DNA of 64,000 nt from the human T2T-CHM13v2.0 reference genome, Homo sapiens. The DNA lies in assembly GCF_009914755.1 (NCBI RefSeq), contig NC_060930.1; one strand, 5' to 3'. The translations under genes were made by a program, and so were the position numbers. The notes under the pieces are model-generated. The model did not search any database, was not told the origin of the DNA, and was given only the letters and a program-made list of their open reading frames with translations. This document shows positions 24,515-44,850 of the stretch, one piece after another; position 1 is the stretch's first letter; every line of letters starts with the position of its first letter.

Positions 24515-25459
24515 TGTGGGGAAAAGAAAGAGATCAGATTGTTACTGTGTCTGTGTAGAAAGAAATAGACATAAGAGACTCCATTTTGTTCTATACTAAG
24601 AAAAATTCTTCTGCCTTGAGATGCTGTTAATCTGTAACCCTACCCCCAACCCTGTGCTCCCTAAAACATGTGCAGTGTCAACTCAGGGTTAAATGGATTA
24701 AGGGCTGTGCAGGGTGTGCTTTGTTAAACAAATGCTTGAAGGCAGCATGCTTGTTAAGAGTCATCACCACTCCCTAATCTTAAGTACCCAGAGACACAAA
24801 ACACTTCGGAAGGCCTCAAGGACCTCTGCCGAGGAAAGCCAGGTATTGTCCAAGGTTTCTCCCCATGTGATAGTCTGAAATATGGCCTCGTGGGAAGGGA
24901 AAGACCTGACCGTCCCCCAGCCCGACACCTGTAAAGGGTCTGTGCTGAGGAGGATTAGTAAAAGAGGAAGGAACGCCTCTTTGCAGTTGAGATAAGAGGA
25001 AGGCTTCTGTCTCCTGCTCGTCCCTGGGCAATGGAATGTGTCGGTGTAAAGCCGATTGTATCTACTGAGATAGGGGAAAACCGCCTTAGGGCTGGAGGTG
25101 GGACATGCTGGCAGCAATACTGCTCTTTAAGGCATTAAGATGTTTATGTATATGCACATCAAAAGCACAGCACTTTTTTCTTTACCTTGTTTATGATGCA
25201 GAGACATTTGTTCACGTGTTTACCTTCTGACCTCCTCTCCACTATTAACCTATTATCCTGCCATGCCCGATAATGATCAATAAATACTAAGGGAACTCAG
25301 AGGCCGGTGCTGGCGTGGATCCTCCGTATGCTGAATGCCGGTCCCCTGGGCCCCTTTTTCTTTCTCTATACTTTGTCTCTGTGTCTCTTTCTTTTCCAAG
25401 TCTCTCCTTCCACCTAACGAGAAACACCCACAGGTGTGGAGGGGCAACCCACCCCTTCA
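24515..25459 (+). mobile_element. HERV-K(HML-2) solo LTR, LTR5B-like, 945 bp
   Basis: Ends TGTGGGGAAAAGAAAGAGATCAGATTG ... GGGGCAACCCACCCCTTCA; 6-bp TSD ttcttt/ctcttt (1 mismatch); AATAAA at 25279-25284. Confidence 0.93.
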
Positions 25460-25664
25460 CTCTTTCTTCCTCTATATTAGTCTCAGGGTTCTGTCATTGT
25501 CTCACTTTTTCTTTTTGTCTCTGAGGGATCTTCTCTACTTATTCAATGATAATTCATAAATGTTTATCTCCTGTTTGTACCATTTTTGTTGTCGTTGTTC
25601 TCTAGACCCAGATACCTTCTGGACAGCTCCACCTTTGCCATTCAGTTTTGCTGGTAGAATCTGT

Positions 25665-27035
<1,371 letters not shown>

Positions 27036-28162
27036 TAACTTAATAATACTTTCCTATTTTTCCTCTGTATCTTTCTTATCTGGAAGTCTTCCATATCTTA
27101 GAAAGCTTTAACCTACTAAGTATTTTAACCTTATTGAACCTTGAAAAACATTAGTTTTTCAGGATAAACCAAGTAACCTGTTCATGTCAGCTATACCTGT
27201 ATTGTTTCCCAGATCCTAAGCTTGCTAGAGAAGCAGTTTATATTCACTTTTCTTCTAAGTTAGCAAAAATTCCATGAAAACATGATGTTCCAGATGTGGC
27301 TTAATGGATGTAATTATGTGTTATTGCTGGTATTGTTTCTGTGTCTGCCTAATCTTTACTGCTACCCTGATATGAGCCAGTTCCTGAGGGTTTGACTGAT
27401 TTGTATTTTCTTTACCTATACTTTGTCTTGCAGTGAAAGCCCTGGATAATATATCATGAGGATCTACTTTATTTTGCCTATTGATGGTTATTTTGGTGAT
27501 AGGGTCAAGGAACAGAATTTTAAAGTGAAAAGACAATTCCATTGACTATTATATATTGACGCCTTGTGTGTGCGATGACCAACATGCTTTAGAAAGAGTC
27601 TCTATCTGCAAGGGGTGTACCTTTCCAGGAAGGGGAACACAACCATCAGAAAACTCATTTAGGCACAGTCCCAGGTGATTAATATTAATAATAGTGTTGT
27701 GAGGATTCAGGAAAGGGAAAAATAACTACAACTTGGGATGGGTAGGGAACACTTCCTGAGGAATTGAGACTCCTTTACGATCATGTCAGATGTATGGTAA
27801 GTAGCGTATCTCATGTGGATAGAAAAATGAATACAATTGTGCAATTAGAATGAATTGTACAAATATGGAGACCTATTTGTATACTAGAATAACAGGCAGC
27901 TTTGTGGGGGAGAGTAAAAGAGAATAGGAAGAAGTAAACTGCTGAAATTGTGAGGGGTATTTAGTGTTTTTTCAAAAATTAATATATTTGGAAATGTCCT
28001 ATTTTAAGCATGGGCTATAAATATTAGGGCTGGAAGATCCTTCATAATTTTGCTGACATACAAAAGAACCTGCTGTATTTTTGAGCTTGTGTCTATATAT
28101 TACCACCATGGGTGCTATTAACCTCAGTGTTTTCTGTATATTTCAGACATTAGTCTTTAACC

Positions 28163-29794
28163 ATGGGGGACTGGAACTTATTGGGTGGCATCCTAGAGGA
28201 AGTTCACTCCCACTCAACCATAGTGGGGAAAATCTGGCTGACCATCCTCTTCATCTTCCGAATGCTGGTACTTCGTGTGGCTGCTGAGGATGTCTGGGAT
28301 GATGAACAGTCAGCATTTGCCTGCAACACCCGGCAGCCAGGTTGCAACAATATCTGTTATGATGATGCATTCCCTATCTCTTTGATCAGGTTCTGGGTTT
28401 TACAGATCATCTTTGTGTCTTCTCCTTCTTTGGTCTATATGGGCCATGCACTTTATAGGCTCAGGGCCTTTGAGAAAGACAGGCAGAGGAAAAAGTCACA
28501 CCTTAGAGCCCAGATGGAGAATCCAGATCTTGACTTGGAGGAGCAGCAAAGAATAGATAGGGAACTGAGGAGGTTAGAGGAGCAGAAGAGGATCCATAAA
28601 GTCCCTCTGAAAGGATGTCTGCTGCGTACTTATGTCTTACACATCTTGACCAGATCTGTGCTGGAAGTAGGATTCATGATAGGCCAATATATTCTCTATG
28701 GGTTTCAAATGCACCCCCTTTACAAATGCACTCAACCTCCTTGCCCCAATGCGGTGGATTGCTTTGTATCCAGGCCCACTGAGAAGACAATTTTCATGCT
28801 TTTTATGCACAGCATTGCAGCCATTTCCTTGTTACTCAATATACTGGAAATATTTCATCTAGGCATCAGAAAAATTATGAGGACACTTTATAAGAAATCC
28901 AGCAGTGAGGGCATTGAGGATGAAACAGGCCCTCCATTCCATTTGAAGAAATATTCTGTGGCCCAGCAGTGTATGATTTGCTCTTCATTGCCTGAAAGAA
29001 TCTCTCCACTTCAAGCTAACAATCAACAGCAAGTCATTCGAGTTAATGTGCCAAAGTCTAAAACCATGTGGCAAATCCCACAGCCAAGGCAACTTGAAGT
29101 AGACCCTTCCAATGGGAAAAAGGACTGGTCTGAGAAGGATCAGCATAGCGGACAGCTCCATGTTCACAGCCCGTGTCCCTGGGCTGGCAGTGCTGGAAAT
29201 CAGCACCTGGGACAGCAATCAGACCATTCCTCATTTGGCCTGCAGAATACAATGTCTCAGTCCTGGCTAGGTACAACTACGGCTCCTAGAAACTGTCCAT
29301 CCTTTGCAGTAGGAACCTGGGAGCAGTCCCAGGACCCAGAACCCTCAGGTGAGCCTCTCACAGATCTTCATAGTCACTGCAGAGACAGTGAAGGCAGCAT
29401 GAGAGAGAGTGGGGTCTGGATAGACAGATCTCGCCCAGGCAGTCGCAAGGCCAGCTTTCTGTCCAGATTGTTGTCTGAAAAGCGACATCTGCACAGTGAC
29501 TCAGGAAGCTCTGGTTCTCGGAATAGCTCCTGCTTGGATTTTCCTCACTGGGAAAACAGCCCCTCACCTCTGCCTTCAGTCACTGGGCACAGAACATCAA
29601 TGGTAAGACAGGCAGCCCTACCGATCATGGAACTATCACAAGAGCTGTTCCATTCTGGATGCTTTCTTTTTCCTTTCTTTCTTCCTGGGGTGTGTATGTA
29701 TGTTTGTGTTGACAGAGAGGCAGATGGAGGGGGAGATTATTTATGGAGAGATAAAATTATTCATTCGATACATTCAGTTAAATTCAATTCATAA
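28163..29794 (+). CDS. GJA10: Gap junction alpha-10 protein (connexin 62), unspliced 543-aa ORF
   Basis: MGDWNLLGGILEEVHSHSTIVGKIWLTILFIFR N-terminus; extracellular cysteine motifs CNTRQPGCNNIC and CTQPPCPNAVDC; SRPTEKTIF; four TM segments. Splice acceptor tttcAG ends at 28146, 16 nt before the ATG. Confidence 0.97.
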   Translation: MGDWNLLGGILEEVHSHSTIVGKIWLTILFIFRMLVLRVAAEDVWDDEQSAFACNTRQPGCNNICYDDAFPISLIRFWVLQIIFVSSPSLVYMGHALYRLRAFEKDRQRKKSHLRAQMENPDLDLEEQQRIDRELRRLEEQKRIHKVPLKGCLLRTYVLHILTRSVLEVGFMIGQYILYGFQMHPLYKCTQPPCPNAVDCFVSRPTEKTIFMLFMHSIAAISLLLNILEIFHLGIRKIMRTLYKKSSSEGIEDETGPPFHLKKYSVAQQCMICSSLPERISPLQANNQQQVIRVNVPKSKTMWQIPQPRQLEVDPSNGKKDWSEKDQHSGQLHVHSPCPWAGSAGNQHLGQQSDHSSFGLQNTMSQSWLGTTTAPRNCPSFAVGTWEQSQDPEPSGEPLTDLHSHCRDSEGSMRESGVWIDRSRPGSRKASFLSRLLSEKRHLHSDSGSSGSRNSSCLDFPHWENSPSPLPSVTGHRTSMVRQAALPIMELSQELFHSGCFLFPFFLPGVCMYVCVDREADGGGDYLWRDKIIHSIHSVKFNS

Positions 29795-30943
29795 AATAGA
29801 CTTAGAAAAAACTTATTATATCAATCGCTCTTATAAGTGCTGGGCATGTAAATGGGTAAAATACAGTCTCTGACATCAAAGGACTCAGGATGTAGGAGTA
29901 AAATTTAGGCAGGTAAAATGTAAATATATCAAGTGTAAGGCGTCACGTTAGTGGGAATGAGTGAGCAAAGGAGGGAGTGATCATATGGATGGGTCAGGAA
30001 AAGTTCATAGTTGAAGTTACCTTGAGCTGAATCTTGAAAGATGTGGCAAGTTTTTCCAAAACCGGAAGGACTGGGGCACATGAAAGAAGCTGTCCTGGTA
30101 GAGGGAGCAGTGCAGGTAAAGCCTAAGAGTGAGACATAGCAGTGCTGTCTGAGGAGCTGTGTGTGGCTGGAGCACAGGGTGGTAGGAGGGTGCAGAGGGA
30201 GGGAAGGCTGGAGAAGTGGGCATGGAGGCCCTGTAGGGAAGCCATAGAGAACTGACGGAGGATGTGGAGCAGAGGAGGGACTGGATCAGAGTTGCAGTTT
30301 AGAAAATCCTTCTGTCACAGTGTGGAAAACAGTCCAGAGGAGGGATCATTTGTAACTTGAGTTGCCCTCATCTCACTAAAAAAGGAGTGTGTACTTCATT
30401 CTTTTAATACTTTTGACATTTCAAAGTCATATACAAATATTTGGTGATATATTTTACAAAGACAAGAATCAATATTGTATGATTTTAATTTTGTTCTCTG
30501 AAAAATCACTGTGGGATTAAACATTTCTTACCCATTATAAACATGAAATGGATATTTACTGTGGATTCTTCTCAATTCTGGAACAAAGGACGACACTTGA
30601 TTACTCACTGCTCCCAATAGTCAACTGTTTCCATTAAAAAGAAAATTCCCCCAAGGTTGGTGGGAGAGCTTCTGAGTTGAGCTCACCTGCTTGTTTCTTC
30701 CTTTGTTCCACTTTTTGTGTTGATAATTACTGAATCCCTCTACCCTAGTTTTACATCTCCTGTGGGTTTAGATACTGATGTTACTGTACTACAGACATAC
30801 CATGAATTCAAATCAACCTACTTGGATTTTTACTAAAATACTTCTCTCAAACTGATATTCATTTCTTGTCAGTGACCAGCCATTTATTTAGGAGACTGTT
30901 TAGGATCAATGCATGGGTGCTTAGAAACCTATGCCAAACTAGA

Positions 30944-32052
<1,109 letters not shown>

Positions 32053-32414
32053 ACTGCTTCTTATCTGCATTTGCAAAGTCAGCAATACAATTTTCATCAT
32101 TTTCTTTTTCTTGTACCTTACATGCAAGAGAAGCCTTTTACTGGCAGACTGTTGAGGGAGATATGGCAGTTTTTAGGTGAGATAGATTTTCTTTTTTCTT
32201 TTCTTTTTTCTTTTTTTTTTTTTTGAGACAGAGTCTTGCTCTGTCGCCCAGACTGGAGTGCAGTGGCACGGTCTCGGCTCACTGCAAGCTCTGCCTCCTG
32301 GGTTCACGCCATTCTCCTGCCTAAGCCTCCGGAGTAGCTGGGACTACAGGCACCTGCCACCATGCTCCGCTATTTTTTTTGTATTTTTAGTAGAGACGGG
32401 GTTTCACCGTGTTA

Positions 32415-32519
<105 letters not shown>

Positions 32520-32670
32520 TTAATCCTTCAATTTATCTTTTGGGAGAGGCCAGCCAAGCTCAGAATCCTGGAGTGAAGATGATGAAACTGATGGGCTGTC
32601 TCTTTTCTTTTCTGTATGGACTATATTGTATTCATAAATATAAGTAGGAGTAAAAAATAATTTGCACTGA

Positions 32671-32976
<306 letters not shown>

Positions 32977-34361
32977 TGAGCCACCGCGCCTGGCCACTAA
33001 CCTCTTATAAATACAAGACATGAACGTCTAATCAGGCCTGATTTACTCTTTGAATGTTACAGCATTTTGTTTTCTTCCAATTCAACGTTTTCCCCTTTAT
33101 TTTTCATACCTTAGGAACAATATAAACAAAAACCTCCACAATACACAACATCCAATCCTGTTGTCAAATTAGAGACATAATGGGATTTGACACTCTTATT
33201 TCCTGACTTAGATACAAGGACAGGAGAGAAAAGGAAACAGTAGATAACAACAGAGGGAGCCAGGTGGGATGGCACCACTCAAGGCTGCTGAGAGCCATGG
33301 AGTCACTGTACAGAGGGTTATCAACTTTATTTTTTAGAGCAGTTCACAGTGAAGTTGAATGGAAAATACAGAGAGTGCTCATATACCCACTGTTCCCCTA
33401 CATGTGCGAACCTCCCCAACTATTGACATCCTATTATCAGAGTGGTACGTTTGCTACAACTGATGAACCTACACTGACACATCATTATCACCCAAAGCCC
33501 ATATTTACATTAGGATTCACCCTTGGTGTGGTATATTCTATGGGTCTGGACAAATGTATAATGACATGGATTTACCAGTATAGTATCATACAGAGGAGTT
33601 TCACTGTCTTGAAAACCCTCTGTGCTTCCCCTATTCATCCCTTCCTCCCTCAAGCCCTGGCAACCACCGATCTTTTACCGAATCTAACGCCTTGCCTTTT
33701 CCAGAATGTCATACAGTTGGATCATACAATATGTAGTTTTTTCACATTGGCCTCTTATGCTTAGTAATATGCATTTAGATTTCCTCCATGTCTTTCCATG
33801 GCTTGATAGCTCATTTCTTTTTATCACTGAATAATATTCTTTTATCTGGATGTACTGCAGTTTATTTACCCATTTACCTTCTGAAGGACATCTTGGTTGC
33901 TTCCAAGTTTTAGCAAGTATGAATATAGCTGCTATAAACATCCATGTGCAGGTTTTTATATGAATGTAATTTTCAATTAATGCGGGTAAATACCAAAAAG
34001 CGTAATTGCTGGATCATATGGTAAGAGTAAGCTTTGTTTCATAAAAAACTGCCAAACTGTCTTCCAAAGTTGCTGTACCATTTTTTTATTCCCACCAGCA
34101 ATGAATGAGAGTTCCTGTTGTTTCATACTCTTGCTATTGTCATTGTTTTGGATTTTGGCCATTTAATAGGTGTGTAGTGGTATCTTGTTTCAAACTCCTG
34201 ACCTCAAGTGAACCGCCCACCTTGGCCTCCCAAAGTGCTGGGATTACAGGCGTGAGCCACTGCGCCCAGCTAGTATATTGTTTTAATTTGCAATTCCCTA
34301 ATGACCTATGTTGTTGAACATATTTCCTATGCTTACTTGCCATCTATATCTTCCTTGGTAA

Positions 34362-34736
<375 letters not shown>

Positions 34737-35628
34737 TGAGCCACCGAGCCTGACTGGTAATATGTTTTTAATTTCACATTTTACTTATTCATTGCTGGTA
34801 TATAGGAAAGTCATAGACTTTTGCACATTAGCCTTATATCTTGAAATCCAGGATATAAATACTATAAATACTCCAGGAGTATTTTCTGTCAACTTTTTCT
34901 GATTTTTCTTTTCTTTCTTTTTTTCTTTGAGACGGAGTCTCGCTTTGTCACCCAGGCTAGAGTACAGTGGGGCGAGCTCAGCTCACCGCAACCTCTGCCT
35001 CCTAGATTCTAAGCGATTCTCCTGCCTCAGCCTCCCAAGTAGCTGGGATTACAGGCACGCGCCACGAGGCCCGGCTAATTTTTGTATTTTTAGTAGAGAC
35101 AGGGTTTCACCATGTTGTCCAGGCTGGTCTCAAACTCCTGACTTCAGGTGATCCACCCGTCTCGGCCTCCCAAAGTGCTAGGATTACAGGCTTGAGTCAC
35201 CGCGCCAGTGCAGTTTTTTCAGATTTTTCTGTGTAGACAACCATAATTTCCGGGAACAAAGACAGTCATTTCTTCCTTCCCAATCCATATACCCTTTCTT
35301 TACTTTTTTGTCTTATCTCATCTTGTCTTGTCTTAGTGCATTATCTAGGACTTCCAGGACAATTTCGAAAAGCAGTTGTAAGAGGGTATATCCTTCTCTT
35401 TGTTCCTGATTATAGAGAGAAAGATTCAAGTTTCTTACCAGTACATATAACGTCAGCTATAGATTTTTTTGTAGAGGTTCCTTATCAAGTTGAGTAAGTT
35501 CTCCTTTTAGTTTTCTAAGAGTTTTTAATCACAATGGGTGTTGGATTTTGTGAAATGCTTTTTCTGCATCTACTGATATGGGATGTGATTTTTCTTTGGT
35601 AGCCTGTTGATGTGACAGATTACATTAA

Positions 35629-35943
<315 letters not shown>

Positions 35944-36248
35944 TGAATGTTGAACCAGCATGGCATACCTGGGATAAATCCCACTTGGTCATGGTGTATA
36001 ATTCTTTATTTTTATTATTTATTTATTTATTTATTTTTTGAAACAGAGTCTCGCCCTGTCACGCCCAGGCTGGAGTGCAGTGGCAGCCATCTCGGCTCAC
36101 TGCAAGCTCCGCCTCCCGGGTTCACGCCGTTCTCCTGCCTCAGCCTCCCGAGTAGCTGGGACCACAGGTGCCTGCCACCATGTCCGGCTAATTTTTTTGT
36201 ATTTTTATTAGAGACAGGGTTTCACCATGTTAGCCAGGATGGTCTTGA

Positions 36249-36652
<404 letters not shown>

Positions 36653-37150
36653 TGATTTGACAATTTTTTTGAGGATTTTTACATTTATGTTCATGAGAGA
36701 TATTGGTCTGTAGTTTTCTTTTCTTGCATGTCTTTGGTTTTGGTATTAGGGTAATGCTGGTCTCATAGAATGAGTTAGGAAGTACTCTTTCTGCTTCTAT
36801 CTTTTGGAAGAGATGGTAGAGAATTGATACAATTTTTTTCATAAGTGTCTGTTAGACTCACCATTGAACACATTTGGATCTAATGTTTTGGAAGGTTGAT
36901 CATTATTGATTCAGTTTCTTTAATAGATATAAGCCTATTCATATGGTCTATATCTTCTTGTGTGAGTTTTGGCAGATTGTGTCTTTTCTAGGAATTGGTA
37001 CATTCTAGGTTATCAAATCTGGGGGCATAGAGTTGTCCATAATATTCCTTTATTATTCTTTTAATGTTGGTGGGATCTGTACTGATGTTCTCTCTTTCAT
37101 TTGTGATATTAGTAACTTGTTTCTTCTCTCTTTTTTTCTTAGTTAACCTG

Positions 37151-37561
37151 TATATCAGGCTGTTTTTGGATTGCTATAAAGAAATACCTGAGACTGAGTA
37201 ATTTATAAAGAAAAGAGGTTTAATTGGCTCAGCGTTCTGCAGGCTTTATAGAAAGCATGGTTCTGGCATCTGCTCAGTTGCTAGGGAGGCCTCAGGAAAC
37301 TTATAATCATGGTGGAAGGGAAGGGGGAGCAGGCATGTCACATGGTGAAAGCAGGAGCGAGGGAGTGAGAGGGGAGGTGCCACACACTTTTAAACAACCA
37401 GATCTCATGGGAACCCAGAGTGAGAGCTCACTTATTACTGAGGGGATGGCCCAAGCCATTCATGAGGGATCTGCCCCCATGATCTAAATACCTCCTACCA
37501 GGCCCTACCTCCAATACTGGGGATTACAATTTGGGGAGGGACAAATATGCAAATGATATTA
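37151..37561 (-). mobile_element. MST (MaLR) solo LTR
   Basis: gctataaagaaatacctgagactg...gaggcctcaggaaactt...; 5-bp TSD acctg/gcctg. Confidence 0.85.
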
Positions 37562-37736
37562 GCCTGGCTAGAGACTTACACACTTTATTGATGTTTTCAA
37601 AGAGGTAGATTTTGGTTTTGTTGATGTTCCCTATTAATTTCCTATTTCAATTTCATTCATCTCTGCTCTAATTTTCATTATTGCTTTGTTTCTGCTTCCC
37701 TTGGATTTAATTATTTTTTTAGTTTCCTAAAAGTAG

Positions 37737-37922
<186 letters not shown>

Positions 37923-37925
37923 TAG

Positions 37926-38144
<219 letters not shown>

Positions 38145-38680
38145 TGATAAGTTGTGTTATCATTTTTGTTTAGTTGAAAATATGTTTTTTTCCAAGATTT
38201 CCTCCTTGACCTATGTGTTATTTATAAATGTATAGTTTAATCTCCAAGTATTTTAGAATTTTCCAGCTATCTTTCTTTTTTCTTTTTTTTTTTTTTTTAA
38301 GAGACACGGTCTCTCGCTTGTCACCTAGCTCACTGCAGCCTCAAACTTCTGGGCTCAAGTGATCCTCTCACCTCAGCCTCCTCAGTAGCTGGGACTATGG
38401 GTGTGCACCATCATGCTTGGCTTATTTTTAAATTTTTTTGTAGAGCTGGGATGTCACTTTGTAGCCTAGGCTGGTATTGAACTCCTGGCTTAAAGCAACC
38501 CTCCGGCCTTGGCCTCCCAAAGTGCTGGGATTACAGGTGTGAACCACTGCACCTGGCCCCAGCTATTATTAATTTCTAGTTTAACTCCATTGTGATCTGA
38601 AAACAGACATTGTATGATTTCTATTTTTAAAAATTTAAAAGAGAGAAGACCACAACCTAGAATGTGGTCTATCGTGGTAA

Positions 38681-38995
<315 letters not shown>

Positions 38996-39466
38996 TGATC
39001 CGCCCTCCTCAGCCTCCCAAAGTGCTGGGATTACAGGCATGAGCCACCGAGCTCGGCCTTAATTTGTTAATAAATTATTTTACATTTTATAGAGATGTGG
39101 TCTCACTATGATGACCAAATTGGTCTTAAACTTTTGGCCTCAAGCAATCCTCCCATCAGCTTTAGATGTCAATTATATCCAGTTAATTGATGGTGCTGTT
39201 GAGTTCAACTATGTCCTTTTGGCTTTTCTGTCTGCTGGATCTGTCCATTTCTGATAGAATGAAGCTAGGGTCTCCAACTATAATAGTGGATTCATTTATT
39301 TCTCCTTGCAGTTCTAGCAGTTTTTGCCTCACATATTCTGATCTTCTGTTGTTAGGTACATACACATTAAGGATTGTTTTTTCTCAGAATATTCACCCCT
39401 TTATCATTTGCATTGTCCCTCTTTATCCCTGATAACTTTCCTGAAGTCTTCTCTGTCTGAAATTAA

Positions 39467-39839
<373 letters not shown>

Positions 39840-40719
39840 TGAGCCACCGTGCCCGGCCAAAGTTGGTTTTTTACAGATAACATATAATGCATCTTGTTTT
39901 TATTTTTATTTTTTTAGAGACAGTGTCTCACTCTGTTGCCTGGCTGGAGTGCAGTGGCATGATCATGGATCACAGCAGTTTTGACCTCCTGGGCTCAAGT
40001 GATCCTCCCACCTCAGCCTCTTGAGTAGCTAGGACTACAGGTGCACATTGCCACTCTCAGCTAATTTTTTTTTCTTTCTTTTTTTTTTTTTTGAGACAGA
40101 GTCTCACTCTTGTCGCCCAGGCTGGAGTGCAATGGCATGATCTTGACTCACTGCAACCTGTGCCTCCTGGTTCAAGCGATTCTCCTGCCTCAGCCTCCCA
40201 AGTAGCTGGGAGTACAGGTGCCACCACACCCGGCTAATTTTTGTATTTTTAGTAGAGATGGGGTTTCACCATGTTGGCCAGACTGGTCTCAAACTCCTGA
40301 CCTCAGGTGATCCGCCCGCCTCTGCTCCCAAAGTGCTGGGATTACAGGCGTGAGCCACCGCTTCAAGCACAGCTAATTTTTAATTTTTTTTTTTTGTAGA
40401 GATGGGTTATCATTATGTTTCCCAGTCTAGTCTTGAACTCTTGGGTTCAAATGATCCTCCTTCCTTGGCCTTCCCAAAGTGCTGGGATTACATGTGTGAG
40501 CCATCATGCCCCATCTGTGTCTTGTTTTTTGATCCACTCTGACAATCTCTGTATTTTGTGTATTTAGATGACTGGCATGAAAAGTGATTATTGATATAAT
40601 GGCATTAATATTTAGTATATTTATTACTATTTTCCATTTGTCGCCCTTGTTCTTTGCTCCTGTTTTTGTCATGCACACCTTTTCTGCCTTTTGTGGTTTT
40701 AATTGAGCACTCTATATGA

Positions 40720-41181
<462 letters not shown>

Positions 41182-41703
41182 TGAGTAGCTGGGATTACAG
41201 GCATGCACCACCAAACCCGGCTAATTTTTGTATTTTTAGTAGAGATGGGGTTTCACCATTTTGGTCAGGTTGGTCTTGAACTCCTGACCACGATCATGAT
41301 CCACCCACCTCAGCCTCCCAAAGGGTTGGGATTACAGGCGTGAGCCACTGAGCCCGGCCTTTCTCTCCTTCCTTAACGTATTAATTATACTTCCTTTAAA
41401 ACTTTTTTTGGTGGTTGTCCTAGAGTTTGCAATACGCATTTACAACTAATCCAAGTTCGCTTTCAGATAACACTATGCCACTTTATGGTAGTATAACTAC
41501 CATTTAATAAAAAAATTCCTAATGCCTCCCTCCTGTCCTTATATTATTGCTGTCACTCATTTCATACATACATAAACATATAAACATACATATGTGTGTC
41601 AGTACATTATTCTTAAGAATATGAAAGATACAAGTTCTTATTTTACCTTCTCTTATTTCCTATCTAATGTTTTTCCTTTCTTTATGTAGATCTGAGTTTC
41701 TGA

Positions 41704-42136
<433 letters not shown>

Positions 42137-42843
42137 TGAAGGATAATTCTCAGGATAGAGAATTCTAGATTGGTGGTGTGGTGTTTTCCTCTCAATGCTT
42201 TAACTATTTCATTCTCCTGTCTTCTTGCTTGTATCGTTTATGAGAAGTTAAATATAGTTCTTATCTTTGCTCCTCTGTAGGGAAAGTGTTTTTTTTCTCT
42301 CTGTCTTCTTTCAAGACTTTTTTCCTCTTTGATTTTCTGAAGTTTGAATATGATAAGCCTAGAAGTAGTTTTTTTTTTGGCATATATCCCATTTGGTGTT
42401 TTCTGGACTTCCTGGATGTGTGGTTTGGTGTCTGACATCAGATTTGGGAGCTTATTAGTATTATAGCTTCAAATATTTCTTGTCTTCCTTTCTCTGTTTC
42501 TTCTCCTTCTGGTTTATATGTGTGTTATACCTGTTGTAATTGTCCCACAGTTCTTGGGTATTCTGTTCTATTTTGTTTTTGTTTGTTTTAGTCTTTTTTA
42601 ATCTTTGTTTTTCAGTCCTGGAAGTTTCTATTTTTATATCCTCAAGCTCAGAGATTGTTTCCTCGGCCATGTCCAGTCTACTAATGAGCCCATCAAAGGC
42701 ATTCTTTATTTCTGTTGCAGTGTTTTTGATCTCTAGCACTTTTCTGTGATTCTTTCTTAGGCTTTTCATCTCCTAACTTACATTATCTACCTGTTCTTAT
42801 ATCTTGTCTACTTTTTCCATTAGAGCCCTTAGCATATTAATCA

Positions 42844-43325
<482 letters not shown>

Positions 43326-44850
43326 AAAAGACTCTGGTAAGTAGACCTTTAGTGGTGTGGTGGTCAGTATGGGGGGAGGGGAACATTCTATAGTCCTATG
43401 ACTGGGTCTTAATCTTTTGCACCCTAGACTTTCTAATTTTGAAGGCAGTGGTTTGTCCAGTAACCTCTCTTCTCTAACAAATCTAAGAAGAATTGCTGAT
43501 TTTTTAGTTTGTTCAGATTTCTACTTATTGCTAGGGCAGAGTGGTTACTTCTAAGCTCCTTATATTTACAGACTGGAGCCCTCTTTCTTATTTCATTTTT
43601 TTTCTTTCTTCTTTGTTCTTTATGTTTCTAGGAATTATAAATAATGCCTTTGACCACAGAGCTTTCCTAATTATGGTCACCTTTTCCCAAGCTTTTTACA
43701 GAGATGACAGCCCACTTCACTCCCCAAATGATGGAAACACTTGGGAATTGAGGCCGCAGCTCTCAACTCCACAGACCAGTGGCTGACACATGGTGCTTCT
43801 TGTAAACAGATGGATCTTTCATTAGAAATTAGTGTAAGGGGCTAGGTGCGGTGGCTCATGCCTGTAATCCCAGCACTTCGGGAGGCCAAGCTGGGAGGAT
43901 GGCTTGAGGTCAGGAATTCAAGCCCAGCCTTGGCAACACAATGAGATCCTGTCTCTTAAAAAAAAAAAAAAAAAAAAAAAAAAGGAAAAGAGAAAAAAAG
44001 AAATTAGTGTAGCAAACAAAGGATAATAATCCTCTACTTTCAAGTAAAGTAAAATCTCTCTTCCCTTTCAGTTTCCTATTTCAAGGGTGTGTCTGTGTGT
44101 ATGTTCCGGCAATTTTCTTAACTTTTTTAACTTTGAGAATTCCATCCTAGTGTGTCTAAGCGGGGCCCTCTTTTCATTAACTTTGCTGGGAAGTCAGAAC
44201 ATGCTCTCAGTTTCCAGCTGAGTTCTTTCTTTACAGCAGGAAACTTTTCCCCTCCCATTTCTTTGAATACTGCTTTCCCTATGTCTGTTTTGTTCTCTCC
44301 AGAATTCCGATTATTCCCAGGTTATATCCCCCGTGTCTGACCGCCTGCCTCTTTCTTTTCGTCTTTTTATCATTTTGCCCTTGGTCATGTTAATTTTATT
44401 TTCTCCGTGTCTTGTCTGCTATTTACAGCCTCCATCATGGTTTCCCACCAGAGCTATTGTGGTTTCTGTCTCCTTGCTACACTTCCTGCTCTCAGATGTC
44501 TCCCTCTTTATTAGGATCTTTTCTAGTTTCTAGATCTTTTCCAGCACCCCATGGAATCTTATTGAGAAATTGAATTAAATATTCAGATTTAAAATAATAA
44601 TAATAATAATAATCCTCTACTTTCAATAAATGAACTGTAAACTACCTGTTATGTTGCATTAGGTTCAAGATGGCAGAATTTCTATTACTCAGCCAGATAC
44701 ATTCTGATTACAGCAGTTGACATTTCAGAGTGAAATGACTCCTGATAGAACCAGTTGTTTGGCCACTTATGCTGTTTCTTACAGAGAATTGTCCTGTGAA
44801 AGGAATCCATTGTGTTTTAGAAGGTCAGAAAGCTATCTGATAGAGCCATG

